This document shows positions 1 through 9,026 of a stretch of DNA of 64,000 nucleotides, piece after piece. The first letter of the stretch is position 1. Each line of letters starts with the position of its first letter. The DNA comes from an uncultured Candidatus Saccharibacteria bacterium (GTDB lineage: Bacteria; Patescibacteriota; Minisyncoccia; Phycocordibacterales; UBA9973). The stretch is taken from assembly GCA_964482735.1 (NCBI GenBank), contig CAYZYV010000003.1:63097-127096 (forward strand). The letters are read 5' to 3'. The notes beneath the pieces were generated by a model, which saw only the letters and a program-made list of their open reading frames with translations, had not been told where the DNA came from and made no database searches. The translations under genes and the position numbers were made by a program.

Positions 1-1676
1 CAGAAGTTCACAAAGAAGGAGGCAAATACATTCAAGAATATTCACAAGGTAAGAAAAAATCTCCAGTTAAAAAAGTTGGTACAACAAAAGAACATGGTAC
101 TATCATTTTATTTAGACCAGACGAGGAAATTTTTAAAGAAGTTAAATTTAATATAGATACAGTAATAAATCACTTAAGACAGCAAGCATATTTGGTTAAA
201 GGATTGAGAATAGATATTATAGATGCTCGAGAATGGGATCCTATAACTGGTGGCAAAGAGAAAAAAGATTTAAATGATACTTTTTGGTTTAAGGATTTAG
301 AGCTAGAAGTTCCTTCCACATCTTTTTATTTTGAAGGTGGGCTAATTTCTCTTGTAAGATTTTACAATAAACTCGAAAAGCCTATTCATCCAAGTATCTT
401 TTATGTAGAAAAAGAATTAGATAACGTAGGGGTAGAAGTGGCTTTACAGTATGTTGATGATGTTAATTTTGATATCATTCCTTTTGCTAATAATGTTTAT
501 AACCCAGAAGGCGGTACTCATGTAACCGGATTTAAAACGGCACTAACTAGAGTTTTAAATAACTATGGTAAGAAAAATAATTTGATAAAAGAAGGCGATG
601 GGGGGTTTACAGGAGAAGATGTCTTAGAGGGTCTTACTGCTGTAATATCAGTTAAGTTAAGAGAAATTCAATTTGAAGGACAGACAAAAGCCAAGCTTGG
701 TTCCACAGAAGCTCAGGGTGCCGTTGCCACAGTATTTGGAGATGCTCTTGCTACATTTCTAGAAGAGAATCCAGATGAAGCTAAATCTATCATTAATAAA
801 TCATTGCTTGCTCTTAGAGCTAGAAAAGCAGCTAAGGCGGCGAAGGATTCAGTTCTTCGAAAAGGTGCACTAGAGGGGATGACCTTGCCAGGTAAGCTAG
901 CAGACTGTCAGGTAAAAGATGCGGAAAATGCAGAATTGTTTATTGTGGAGGGGGATTCAGCTGGAGGTACAGCTAAAATGGGAAGAGATAGGAAAACTCA
1001 GGCGATACTACCGCTTAGGGGAAAAATTTTGAATGTTGAAAGAGCTAGGCTGGATAGGATGCTCGGAAGTGAGCAAATTAAAAATCTAGTTATCGCTATG
1101 GGTACATCTATAGGAGAAACTTTTGATATTACTAAAATGCGATATCATAAAATAATTATTGCAACAGATGCCGATGTGGATGGAGCTCACATTTCAACCC
1201 TTATTCTAACTTTGATGTATCGTTACTTTAGACCAGTGTTGGATGCTGGATATGTTTATATCGCACAACCACCTCTATTTAAGATCAAAAAAGGTAAAGA
1301 AGTATTTTATGCATATTCAGACGAAGAAAGAGATAGGATCTTGGGTAAAGATGCTCCAAAATTAGAAGAATTATTACAGGAAAGTGAGACGGGTGCAGAT
1401 GAGAACGAAGAGAGCGAGAATGAACAAAATGAAACGAAAGAAGGAGACAAGAAACAATCAAAAATCCACGTTCAAAGATATAAAGGTCTCGGAGAAATGA
1501 ACGCTGAAGAATTGTGGGAGACAACAATGGATCCAAACAATCGTGTCTTAAAACAAGTTTCAATTAAAGACATCGAAATTGCAAACCAAGTATTTGATAC
1601 CTTAATGGGTTCAGAAGTTGCCCCAAGAAAGGCCTTTATTCAGTCTAATGCCAAAATGGCAAACCTCGACATATAA
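1..1676 (+). CDS. gyrB: DNA gyrase subunit B (5'-truncated by window edge)
   Basis: Frame is open from the window start; TOPRIM motifs EGDSAGG, PLRGKILN, DADVDGAHI and C-terminal RYKGLGEMN. Confidence 0.97.
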   Translation, partial: EVHKEGGKYIQEYSQGKKKSPVKKVGTTKEHGTIILFRPDEEIFKEVKFNIDTVINHLRQQAYLVKGLRIDIIDAREWDPITGGKEKKDLNDTFWFKDLELEVPSTSFYFEGGLISLVRFYNKLEKPIHPSIFYVEKELDNVGVEVALQYVDDVNFDIIPFANNVYNPEGGTHVTGFKTALTRVLNNYGKKNNLIKEGDGGFTGEDVLEGLTAVISVKLREIQFEGQTKAKLGSTEAQGAVATVFGDALATFLEENPDEAKSIINKSLLALRARKAAKAAKDSVLRKGALEGMTLPGKLADCQVKDAENAELFIVEGDSAGGTAKMGRDRKTQAILPLRGKILNVERARLDRMLGSEQIKNLVIAMGTSIGETFDITKMRYHKIIIATDADVDGAHISTLILTLMYRYFRPVLDAGYVYIAQPPLFKIKKGKEVFYAYSDEERDRILGKDAPKLEELLQESETGADENEESENEQNETKEGDKKQSKIHVQRYKGLGEMNAEELWETTMDPNNRVLKQVSIKDIEIANQVFDTLMGSEVAPRKAFIQSNAKMANLDI

Positions 1677-1684
1677 AAACAATA

Positions 1685-1716
1685 AAACACTCCCCGAATC
1701 ATTCGGAGAGTGTTTT
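1685..1716. terminator. Bidirectional intrinsic terminator between convergent gyrB and thrS
   Basis: aaaacactccccgaat / attcggagagtgtttt inverted repeat with A/T tails. Confidence 0.8.
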
Positions 1717-1722
1717 ATTGTT

Positions 1723-3459
1723 TTATCCTAATTTTCTTTCTTTAATATCCGATTTTATCTTTTCGATAAAACTTTCTATTGTAATGTTTTCTAGCTTTTC
1801 ATTTCTCCCCTCAACAGTTATGACTTTTGCATCACGTTCTTTATCTCCAACAACAATCATATACGGAATTTTTTGCATTTTTGCATTTCGAATTCTTTTT
1901 CCTAGAGATTCATTGGTGTCATCTAGTTCTATGCGAATATTTTCTTTGTTAATTTTTTCTAAAATTTCTTTTGCATATTCTTTCTGGTGTTCAGAGACAG
2001 GTAAAATTATTACTTGAACAGGGGCAAGCCAAACAGGAAAAGCCCCAGCAAAATGTTCAATCATAACTCCCATAAACCTTTCAAGTGATCCAGATATTGC
2101 CCTGTGAATAACAACAGGTCTTTCGTCTTCACCTTTTTCATTTTTAAAGGAAAGATTAAATCTTTCTGGAAGATTAAAATCACATTGAATTGTTGCTAAT
2201 TGCCACTCGCGTCCGATTGCGTCTTTAAACATAAAGTCTAATTTTGGTCCATAGAAGGCTGCTTCTCCAACTCCGAGCTTGTAATTTAATTCATTTTCTT
2301 TAGCTGCTGTTTCAAGAGCGTCTTCTGCTTTTTGCCAAACTTCGTCACTGCCGAGATATTTACTCTTGTCTTCACCCCTGGTTGAAAATCTTACCCAGTA
2401 ACCATTCATCATTCCCATTGTGTTGTAGAAATCTTTAATAATTTTTACAATCGTTCCGACCTCTTCTCCGATTTGAGAAACTCGACAGAATAGGTGTCCA
2501 TCATCTTGAGTAATCGATCGAACTCGAGTAAGTCCTGAAAGTTGACCAGCTTTTTCATAACGATACACAGTTGCAGGTTCAAAATATCGAATCGGCATAT
2601 CCCTGTAAGAGAATTGATTGTCGGCAAATATTTGCATGTGATGAGGACAGTTCATTGGCTTCATGAAGAATTCTTCATCTCCGCCCTTAACGCGGAATAA
2701 TTCATCTCCAAATTTTGCAGCATGCCCTGATGTTTGATATAAATCTTGTTTCGCTAGGTGAGGGGACCAAATACGAAGATAGCCTTTGTTTTTATGTAAT
2801 TCCCAAAGATAATCCTCGATCTCTTTTCGGATGGTCATCCCTTTTGGTTGAAGAAGGGGAAGGCCAGCACCGACAAGGTCAGATAGGGTAAAGAGTTTTA
2901 ATTCTTTTCCTAGTTTGCGATGGTCTCTTTTTTTGGCTTCTTCTTGTTGAAAGACATATTGATCCAGCTCTTCTTTTGTTTCGAAAGCTAACCCGTAAAC
3001 TCGCGTGAGCATTTTGTTCAACTCATTCCCTCGCCAATATGCACCAGCAATTTTTTCTAATTTAAACGAACCATCTTTGATGTCTTTTACATTTTCAATA
3101 TGCCCTCCTCGGCAAAGGTCAACAAAGTTTCCTGATTGATAAACTGTGATTTCTTCGTTTTTTCCACTTATTTCATTTATGAGTTCCAGCTTATATTCAT
3201 TATCTTTAAAAATTTCTAAAGCTTCTTCTTTTGTTAAAACTCTTTTTTCAAAAGTTGACCAAGTTTTTATGATTTCTTTCATCTTGTTTTCTATTTCTTC
3301 AAGATTAGCATCGGTTATCTTTCCATTGACATCAACATCATAATAAAAACCATGCTCAATAGCTGGCCCAAGGGTTATTTTTGACCCAGGATATAATTCT
3401 AATATTGAAGCCCCCAGAAGGTGAGCTAGAGAATGTCTTATTTTTTCTATTTTTTCCAT
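1723..3459 (-). CDS. thrS: Threonyl-tRNA synthetase (probable start MEKIEK at 3459)
   Basis: RHSLAH, DLCRGGH, KPMNCPHH, GEAAFYGPK and HRAISGSLERF motifs. Confidence 0.97.
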   Translation of the reverse strand: MEKIEKIRHSLAHLLGASILELYPGSKITLGPAIEHGFYYDVDVNGKITDANLEEIENKMKEIIKTWSTFEKRVLTKEEALEIFKDNEYKLELINEISGKNEEITVYQSGNFVDLCRGGHIENVKDIKDGSFKLEKIAGAYWRGNELNKMLTRVYGLAFETKEELDQYVFQQEEAKKRDHRKLGKELKLFTLSDLVGAGLPLLQPKGMTIRKEIEDYLWELHKNKGYLRIWSPHLAKQDLYQTSGHAAKFGDELFRVKGGDEEFFMKPMNCPHHMQIFADNQFSYRDMPIRYFEPATVYRYEKAGQLSGLTRVRSITQDDGHLFCRVSQIGEEVGTIVKIIKDFYNTMGMMNGYWVRFSTRGEDKSKYLGSDEVWQKAEDALETAAKENELNYKLGVGEAAFYGPKLDFMFKDAIGREWQLATIQCDFNLPERFNLSFKNEKGEDERPVVIHRAISGSLERFMGVMIEHFAGAFPVWLAPVQVIILPVSEHQKEYAKEILEKINKENIRIELDDTNESLGKRIRNAKMQKIPYMIVVGDKERDAKVITVEGRNEKLENITIESFIEKIKSDIKERKLG

Positions 3460-3472
3460 AATAAATTTGTAT

Positions 3473-3567
3473 ATAAAACGAAGCAAATTATTTTATGAAA
3501 AAATGTCTGGCCCCTCGTCCTCCCTCATCCGAGGACTTTTTTCAAAATATAATTTGCGAAGTTTTAT
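3473..3567. repeat. ~95-bp imperfect palindrome between the T-box terminator and the thrS start
   Basis: Nested arms ataaaac/gttttat, gcaaattat/ataatttgc, tgaaaaaa/ttttttca, gtcctc/gaggac. Confidence 0.7.
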
Positions 3568-3582
3568 TTTAATTAGCTAAAA

Positions 3583-3741
3583 TAAAATCGCCCCGACGAA
3601 ATGTGAAAAATTCACTTTCCGTCGGGGCGAGTCTAATCGCGGTTCCACCCAACATTTATAACTTCATTAACATTATAGATTAGCCCCATGAGGTCCAGAT
3701 TATTACCTAGATTATGGTTGGTAGCCATAACAATCTCTATA
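3583..3741 (-). promoter_or_regulatory. T-box riboswitch leader of thrS (Thr)
   Basis: Minus strand TTGGGTGGAACCGCG T-box (3652-3638), antiterminator partner CGCCCC, terminator hairpin 3588-3630 with U-tract; ACC triplet in a hairpin loop at 3722-3720. Confidence 0.88.
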
Positions 3742-3747
3742 CATAGA

Positions 3748-3776
3748 ATAATACAATGAATGTTTTTAAAACACAA
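3748..3776 (-). promoter_or_regulatory. Sigma70 promoter for the thrS leader
   Basis: TTGTGT-17nt-TATTAT on the minus strand. Confidence 0.6.
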
Positions 3777-3880
3777 GCACTTTCTACTTCGACCACTTAG
3801 AAGCTCAGCTCCTAAGTGAAAAGGGATAAAAATCTGGACAAATACTGGTTTTCTAAATATAGGAGTGATACAATAAAATC

Positions 3881-4714
3881 ATGTTCAAGAAACATCAAAA
3901 TTCCAAAATTAAAGCTTTCACCCCCACACCTACTTTTAGAAAGCAACATAGTTGCGCGTCTACGACGCATTCTGAAAGTGGGTGTAGGGGGTTTACTCTC
4001 ATCGAACTCCTCGTCGTTGTCGCCATCATCGGCATACTCTCCGGAGTAGTCATTGCATCACTAAACAGTGCACGAGAGAAAGGAAAAATCGCAGCCATCA
4101 AGTCTACTCTCAAGAACATGCAATCTCAAGCCGAAATCACATATACTGATACAGGAAGCTATGCTTCACTATACAACTCTTCCACCTACGATTGTATCGG
4201 TCCATTAGCTAACATGGCTTCTAGCCTCACAGACAAAGGAGTAACAGTTAAATGTTATTCTAGAAACGATTCATCCCGTAATGATGTTTACTTAAGATTC
4301 GGCGCTACTGCTATCATCTACGATGCCAACGATTTCAAAGCATGGTCCACAGACCAAAACGGAGTAGTGACTTGGGATCAGAAAGGAGTAAATACTACTG
4401 GTGCTTATGTAGATACAGATGTATATTCAGGTATGACATATTCTGTTTCAACTACTGCGTGTACTACTGCCGGAGGAAGGTTGCCATCTTTGGAACAACT
4501 ATTTACTTTGGCAAGAGCTTATGGATCAGCTTCACTAGCTGCGACTGGTACCACTACCTACAAGCCTACAAGTGCAGGCTTCGTGGCGCACTACTATTGG
4601 TCTTCTACCATCGTCCCGTCTGATGGTTCGCTGGCTTACAGTGTGAGCTTTAGCAGTGGTAACGCCGTCACGCACTCTACTGCGAGCTCCGACTATGTCC
4701 GTTGTGTCCGGTAG
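3881..4714 (+). CDS. Type IV pilin-like protein with C-terminal CLec-fold (DUF1566/Lcl-like) domain; probable DGR target
   Basis: GFTLIELLVVVAIIGILSGVV prepilin motif; RLPSLEQL, YYWSST and terminal YVRCVR motifs. Confidence 0.88.
   Translation: MFKKHQNSKIKAFTPTPTFRKQHSCASTTHSESGCRGFTLIELLVVVAIIGILSGVVIASLNSAREKGKIAAIKSTLKNMQSQAEITYTDTGSYASLYNSSTYDCIGPLANMASSLTDKGVTVKCYSRNDSSRNDVYLRFGATAIIYDANDFKAWSTDQNGVVTWDQKGVNTTGAYVDTDVYSGMTYSVSTTACTTAGGRLPSLEQLFTLARAYGSASLAATGTTTYKPTSAGFVAHYYWSSTIVPSDGSLAYSVSFSSGNAVTHSTASSDYVRCVR
3921..3991. repeat. In-frame palindromic (3-way junction) insert in the pilin leader
   Basis: Outer stem ccccacacctacttt/aaagtgggtgtagggg enclosing gcaac-ata-gttgc and gcgtc-tac-gacgc; lies between AFT and GFT codons 75 nt apart. 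Confidence 0.8.
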
Positions 4715-4779
4715 TTAGTTAATAGATAGGGATTGTTTTTCTGGTTGCATTTTGGCTTAAAATCAGTATACTAGTTATT

Positions 4780-4986
4780 ATGGTAATACGAATGAGACAT
4801 ACCCGTGCACATACGGGAAATAGAAGATCACACCATGCCCTAGAAGCAAAGGTCTTTACTACTTGTACAAACTGTGGGGAAAAGAAAGAAACTCACATTG
4901 TTTGCAAGAAATGCGGATTTTACAGAGGACGCAAGGTAATTGATGTGGTTAAGAAAGTAGAGAAAAAACAAGCAAAAAAGAAATAG
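4780..4986 (+). CDS. rpmF: 50S ribosomal protein L32
   Basis: RRSHHAL...CTNCG...HIVCKKCGFYRGR. Confidence 0.95.
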   Translation: MVIRMRHTRAHTGNRRSHHALEAKVFTTCTNCGEKKETHIVCKKCGFYRGRKVIDVVKKVEKKQAKKK

Positions 4987-5045
4987 TCTAAAAACTATTC
5001 TTTTTGATTTATTAGTTCTTTATTGTTTAAAGCTATTTTTATATT

Positions 5046-5951
5046 ATGGCAAACAGGCACCTTTCAAGATCAATTGTTCTTCAGACACTCTTTGAGTGGG
5101 ATTTCGCGGTTTCTAAAGACAGTGACCCAAAAGAGATGCTCGAAAGGAACATTGAAGAATTTGGTCCAGGATTAGATGACAATCAGTTTATGTCTGAACT
5201 CTTTAACGGTGTCATAAAAAAGAAACAAATTATTGATGAAATTATCGAAAAAGCTGCTCCAGATTGGCCAATAGACAAAATATCTGTAGTTGATAGAAAC
5301 GTCCTAAGAATAGGTCTATATGAATTGATATTTGCTGATAGAGGACAGGTTCCTCCTAAGGTTGCTATCAACGAGGCCATAGAGCTTGCTAAAACTTTTG
5401 GTGGAGAAAATTCTAGTAGATTTGTTAACGGAGTCTTGGGTGGTGTTTACAAAGAAATGGGTGAACCCGGAAAAGATGATGTTCATCCAAAGAAGAAAGC
5501 TTTTGAAACAGACCCAGCAAAGTTTCCTATTGAAAAAAAGGCAGGAGCTGTTGTTTATGCTCATCATGAGGATAAATTGTATTTTGCTTTTGTTCATGAT
5601 GTTTTTGGATACTGGACTCTGTCTAAAGGTAGTATAGAAGAAGGCGAAAACGAAGAAGAAGGAGCTATTCGAGAAATCAAAGAAGAAATGGGCCTAGATA
5701 TAAAAATAAAAGAACTTTTAGGACGTAACGAATATATCGCTACTCATCCAGAAAAGGGAAAGATTAGGAAACAGGTAGTATTTTTCTTGGCGGAATCAGA
5801 TTATAGAGAAATAGTCTTAGAGGAGGGAACTGGAGGTTTAGATGATGCTAGATGGTTTACAATAGACGAAATACCAAATTTAAGAATGTATGATAATATG
5901 ATTCCGCTTCTAACCAAGACGATCGATATTCTTAGTAAAGATAATGGGTAA
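5046..5951 (+). CDS. nusB: Transcription antitermination factor NusB fused to a Nudix hydrolase
   Basis: RHLSRSIVLQTLFEWD, VAINEAIELAKTFGG, FVNGVL; C-terminal Nudix box GSIEEGENEEEGAIREIKEEMG. Confidence 0.92.
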   Translation: MANRHLSRSIVLQTLFEWDFAVSKDSDPKEMLERNIEEFGPGLDDNQFMSELFNGVIKKKQIIDEIIEKAAPDWPIDKISVVDRNVLRIGLYELIFADRGQVPPKVAINEAIELAKTFGGENSSRFVNGVLGGVYKEMGEPGKDDVHPKKKAFETDPAKFPIEKKAGAVVYAHHEDKLYFAFVHDVFGYWTLSKGSIEEGENEEEGAIREIKEEMGLDIKIKELLGRNEYIATHPEKGKIRKQVVFFLAESDYREIVLEEGTGGLDDARWFTIDEIPNLRMYDNMIPLLTKTIDILSKDNG

Positions 5952-5956
5952 AAAAC

Positions 5957-6652
5957 ATGATAGATTTCTCTTTGTTTGAAAAAAAAATAAATATACATTT
6001 TAAAAATAAAAAGCTTCTAGAACAAGCTTTTATTCACCGATCATACATAAACGAAAACGGCGGAACCAAACTAGAACACAACGAAAGACTAGAATTTTTA
6101 GGAGATGCAGTTTTGGAACTTATTGTTACTGATTATTTATATAATAAATACGGAGATAAAGATGAAGGTGAGTTAACCGCTTATAGATCATCCCTTGTTA
6201 ATGCTACTATTTGTGGAGAGATTGCTAGTGAGCTAGGAATGAATGAATATCTACTATTGTCAAAAGGTGAAGCAAAAGATATTGGTAAAGCTCGTGGCTA
6301 TATATTGGCAAACACCTATGAAGCTTTTGTGGGTGCTGTTTACTTGGATCAAGGATACGAAACAGCTAAAGATTTTATTTATAAAACAATCCTAAGCAAA
6401 ATAGATACAATAATAGCTAAAAAACTTTGGAGAGATTCAAAGAGTTTGGTTCAAGAAAAAGCTCAAGAATATGTAAACGTTACTCCGTCATACAAAGTCT
6501 TACACGAATCAGGTCCTGATCATGACAAAAGTTTTACAACAGGTATCTATTTTGGAGACATACTAGTAGCAGAAGGAAAAGGTAAGTCAAAACAGGAATC
6601 AGAACAAGATGCTGCACATAAAGCATTAGAAATTAAAGAGTGGTTGGAGTAA
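5957..6652 (+). CDS. rnc: Ribonuclease III
   Basis: NERLEFLGDAVL signature plus dsRBD (GPDHDKSF, GKSKQESEQDAA). Confidence 0.97.
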   Translation: MIDFSLFEKKINIHFKNKKLLEQAFIHRSYINENGGTKLEHNERLEFLGDAVLELIVTDYLYNKYGDKDEGELTAYRSSLVNATICGEIASELGMNEYLLLSKGEAKDIGKARGYILANTYEAFVGAVYLDQGYETAKDFIYKTILSKIDTIIAKKLWRDSKSLVQEKAQEYVNVTPSYKVLHESGPDHDKSFTTGIYFGDILVAEGKGKSKQESEQDAAHKALEIKEWLE

Positions 6653-6658
6653 AAGAAA

Positions 6659-8920
6659 ATGACTCTCAAATCAATAGAGCTTATAGGTTTTAAGTCGTTT
6701 GGCAAAAAAAGTGTTGTTAATTTTACGACGCCTGTTACTTGTATAGTGGGTCCCAACGGCTCTGGTAAATCAAACATAGTTGAAGCAATAAGGTTTGTAT
6801 TGGGGGAGCAGTCAATGAAATCTCTTAGAGGTAAAGGTGGAGTAGATTTGATATTTAAGGGTTCAAAACATTTGTCTTCATCTAATCGCGCTCAAGTAAC
6901 AATAACTTTTGATAATAGCGATAAAGTTTTTTCTTTTACAAATAGCGGCCTAGGTGTCTCTCTCGATTATGATGAGATAACTATTGGAAGAGAAGTTTTT
7001 GCTGATGGCTCAAATAAATATACTATAAACAAAACTGAAGTTCGTCTTAAAGATGTTGTCGATTTACTTGCCTCGGTTAACATAGGAAGTTCTGGACACC
7101 ATATAATTTCGCAAGGAGAAGCTGATCGCGTTTTGAATGCGTCAAACAAAGAAAGAAGAGGAATGATAGAAGATGCGCTAGGTCTTCGAGTCTATCAATA
7201 TAGAATTAAGGAAGCAGAAAAGAAGCTCGAGAAAACAATCGAAAATATCAAAGATGTTCAATCGTTGAGAAGAGAAATAGCTCCTCATTTAGCATTCTTA
7301 AAAAAACAAGTTCAAATAATCGAAAAATCTCGAGAAATGAGAGAAGAGCTTAGAGAAATGTACCGCTCTTACTTGTCTATAGAGAATACTTATATTAAAA
7401 AAGAAGACTCTCGTTTGTCTAATTGGTCTGCCGAATTAAACACCAAAAAGATAGAAGTAGAAAATAAATTACAAGAAATAGAAAAACAAAAAGCAGAAAC
7501 TCAAACCGAAAGTTTGTATAGAAAAGAAATCCTAGACAAGGAAGGAGAAATATCCAAAATACGATCTGATAAAAATGAATTTATTAGAAAATTAGGTAGA
7601 ATAGAAGGAATTATAGAGGGAATCGAATCTCATTTCAATAAAAAAACTGAATCTAATACTAGGGTCATTAGTGAAGACGAATGGAAAACTTTTGTGCTTG
7701 ATATTTCTACAAGGATAGATGAAGCTATTAAAATAGAGGATCTTTCTAATGTGAAAGATGTTCTTGTTTCTATCAAAAATAAAATAAAGGATTTCTATAA
7801 AGAGTCTAGCGAAGAAGAGAATAAGGTTATCACAATAGAAGATAATGCAGAATATCGCGAAATGCAGGTTGCAAAGAATGAAATTTTATCTTCAATTGAA
7901 AGTCTTAATAATCAAGAGAAAGAAGTTTTTGAAAAGATTAACGATCTTCGAAGAAAAGAAAAGGAAGAGGAAGACAAATACAGAGACAGTGAAAAAATCC
8001 TTTATGAACTTGTTCATCAAAAAAATGATATTAATTCAAAAATTCAATCATTAGGATACGAACAAGAAAAACTAGAAATTGTTAAAAATGCCTTTAATAT
8101 GGAATTGACAGAGGCAGGCGTTTTGATTGGTAGAGAAATAATATCATTCGCTGAAACAGTTTTTGAAGGAGAAATAAATCGAGACACTCAAGAAGATATC
8201 AGAAGAAAAATAGAAAGAATAAAAATTAAAATAGAGGATGCTGGAAGTGGAAGTGGTAACGAAGTGATGAAAGAGTACGAAGACACATTAGAGAGGGATA
8301 GTTTTCTAGCAAAAGAAATAGACGATTTGAATAAGAGCATGAAGGATTGTAGTATCTTAATCCAAGACTTAAAAGAAAAATTAGATTCTGAATTTAAGAC
8401 GGGTATAGAGAAAATCAATAAACAATTCCAAGAATTTTTTGCTCTAATGTTTGGAGGGGGAGGAGCATTCCTTTCAATTACTATGGAGAATAAAAAGCCA
8501 AAGAAAAATTCTGACACAGAAGTAATGGAAGAGGAAGAGTCAGAAGAAAGCGAAGTTGGTTTTGAAAGAGGTATAGAGATAAATGTCAGCTTGCCACAAA
8601 AGAAAGTTAAAGATTTACACATGTTGTCAGGAGGGGAAAGGTCTTTGACTTCTATTGCTCTCTTGTTCGCTATATCTCAAGTTAATCCTCCACCATTCTT
8701 GGTTTTGGATGAGACAGATGCTGCCTTAGATGAAGCTAATTCAAAGAAGTATGGAAATATGCTAGAAAACCTTTCCAAATATTCAGAACTTATTGTGGTT
8801 ACCCACAATAGAGAAACAATGTCCAGAGCCCAAGTTCTTTACGGAGTAACTATGAGTGCTGAGGGCGCATCTACTCTGTTATCTATACACTTAGAAGAAG
8901 CTGCAAACTACGCTAAATAG
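6659..8920 (+). CDS. smc: SMC-family ATPase, short form (753 aa)
   Basis: GFKSF, GPNGSGKSN, LSGGE, LDETDAALD; follows rnc. Confidence 0.9.
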   Translation: MTLKSIELIGFKSFGKKSVVNFTTPVTCIVGPNGSGKSNIVEAIRFVLGEQSMKSLRGKGGVDLIFKGSKHLSSSNRAQVTITFDNSDKVFSFTNSGLGVSLDYDEITIGREVFADGSNKYTINKTEVRLKDVVDLLASVNIGSSGHHIISQGEADRVLNASNKERRGMIEDALGLRVYQYRIKEAEKKLEKTIENIKDVQSLRREIAPHLAFLKKQVQIIEKSREMREELREMYRSYLSIENTYIKKEDSRLSNWSAELNTKKIEVENKLQEIEKQKAETQTESLYRKEILDKEGEISKIRSDKNEFIRKLGRIEGIIEGIESHFNKKTESNTRVISEDEWKTFVLDISTRIDEAIKIEDLSNVKDVLVSIKNKIKDFYKESSEEENKVITIEDNAEYREMQVAKNEILSSIESLNNQEKEVFEKINDLRRKEKEEEDKYRDSEKILYELVHQKNDINSKIQSLGYEQEKLEIVKNAFNMELTEAGVLIGREIISFAETVFEGEINRDTQEDIRRKIERIKIKIEDAGSGSGNEVMKEYEDTLERDSFLAKEIDDLNKSMKDCSILIQDLKEKLDSEFKTGIEKINKQFQEFFALMFGGGGAFLSITMENKKPKKNSDTEVMEEEESEESEVGFERGIEINVSLPQKKVKDLHMLSGGERSLTSIALLFAISQVNPPPFLVLDETDAALDEANSKKYGNMLENLSKYSELIVVTHNRETMSRAQVLYGVTMSAEGASTLLSIHLEEAANYAK

Positions 8921-8925
8921 AACAC

Positions 8926-8953
8926 TTGACTTTTATTTCTAATATGATATAAT
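8926..8953 (+). promoter_or_regulatory. Consensus sigma70 promoter with extended -10, with no downstream gene
   Basis: TTGACT-16nt-TATAAT with TG at 8945-8946. Confidence 0.65.
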
Positions 8954-8992
8954 ATATTAAAATAAGTGATTTAAAAAAGGAGGATATTGTGT

Positions 8993-9026
8993 AAAACCCC
9001 ATTGGTCGTGTTGACTGATGGGTTTT
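8993..9026. terminator. Intrinsic terminator hairpin
   Basis: aaaaccccattggtc-gtgtt-gactgatgggtttt. Confidence 0.7.

Noticed and set aside
1345-1465. Acidic insertion in GyrB as an intein or palindromic element
   Set aside because: Low-complexity E/N-rich loop with no intein termini and no inverted repeat
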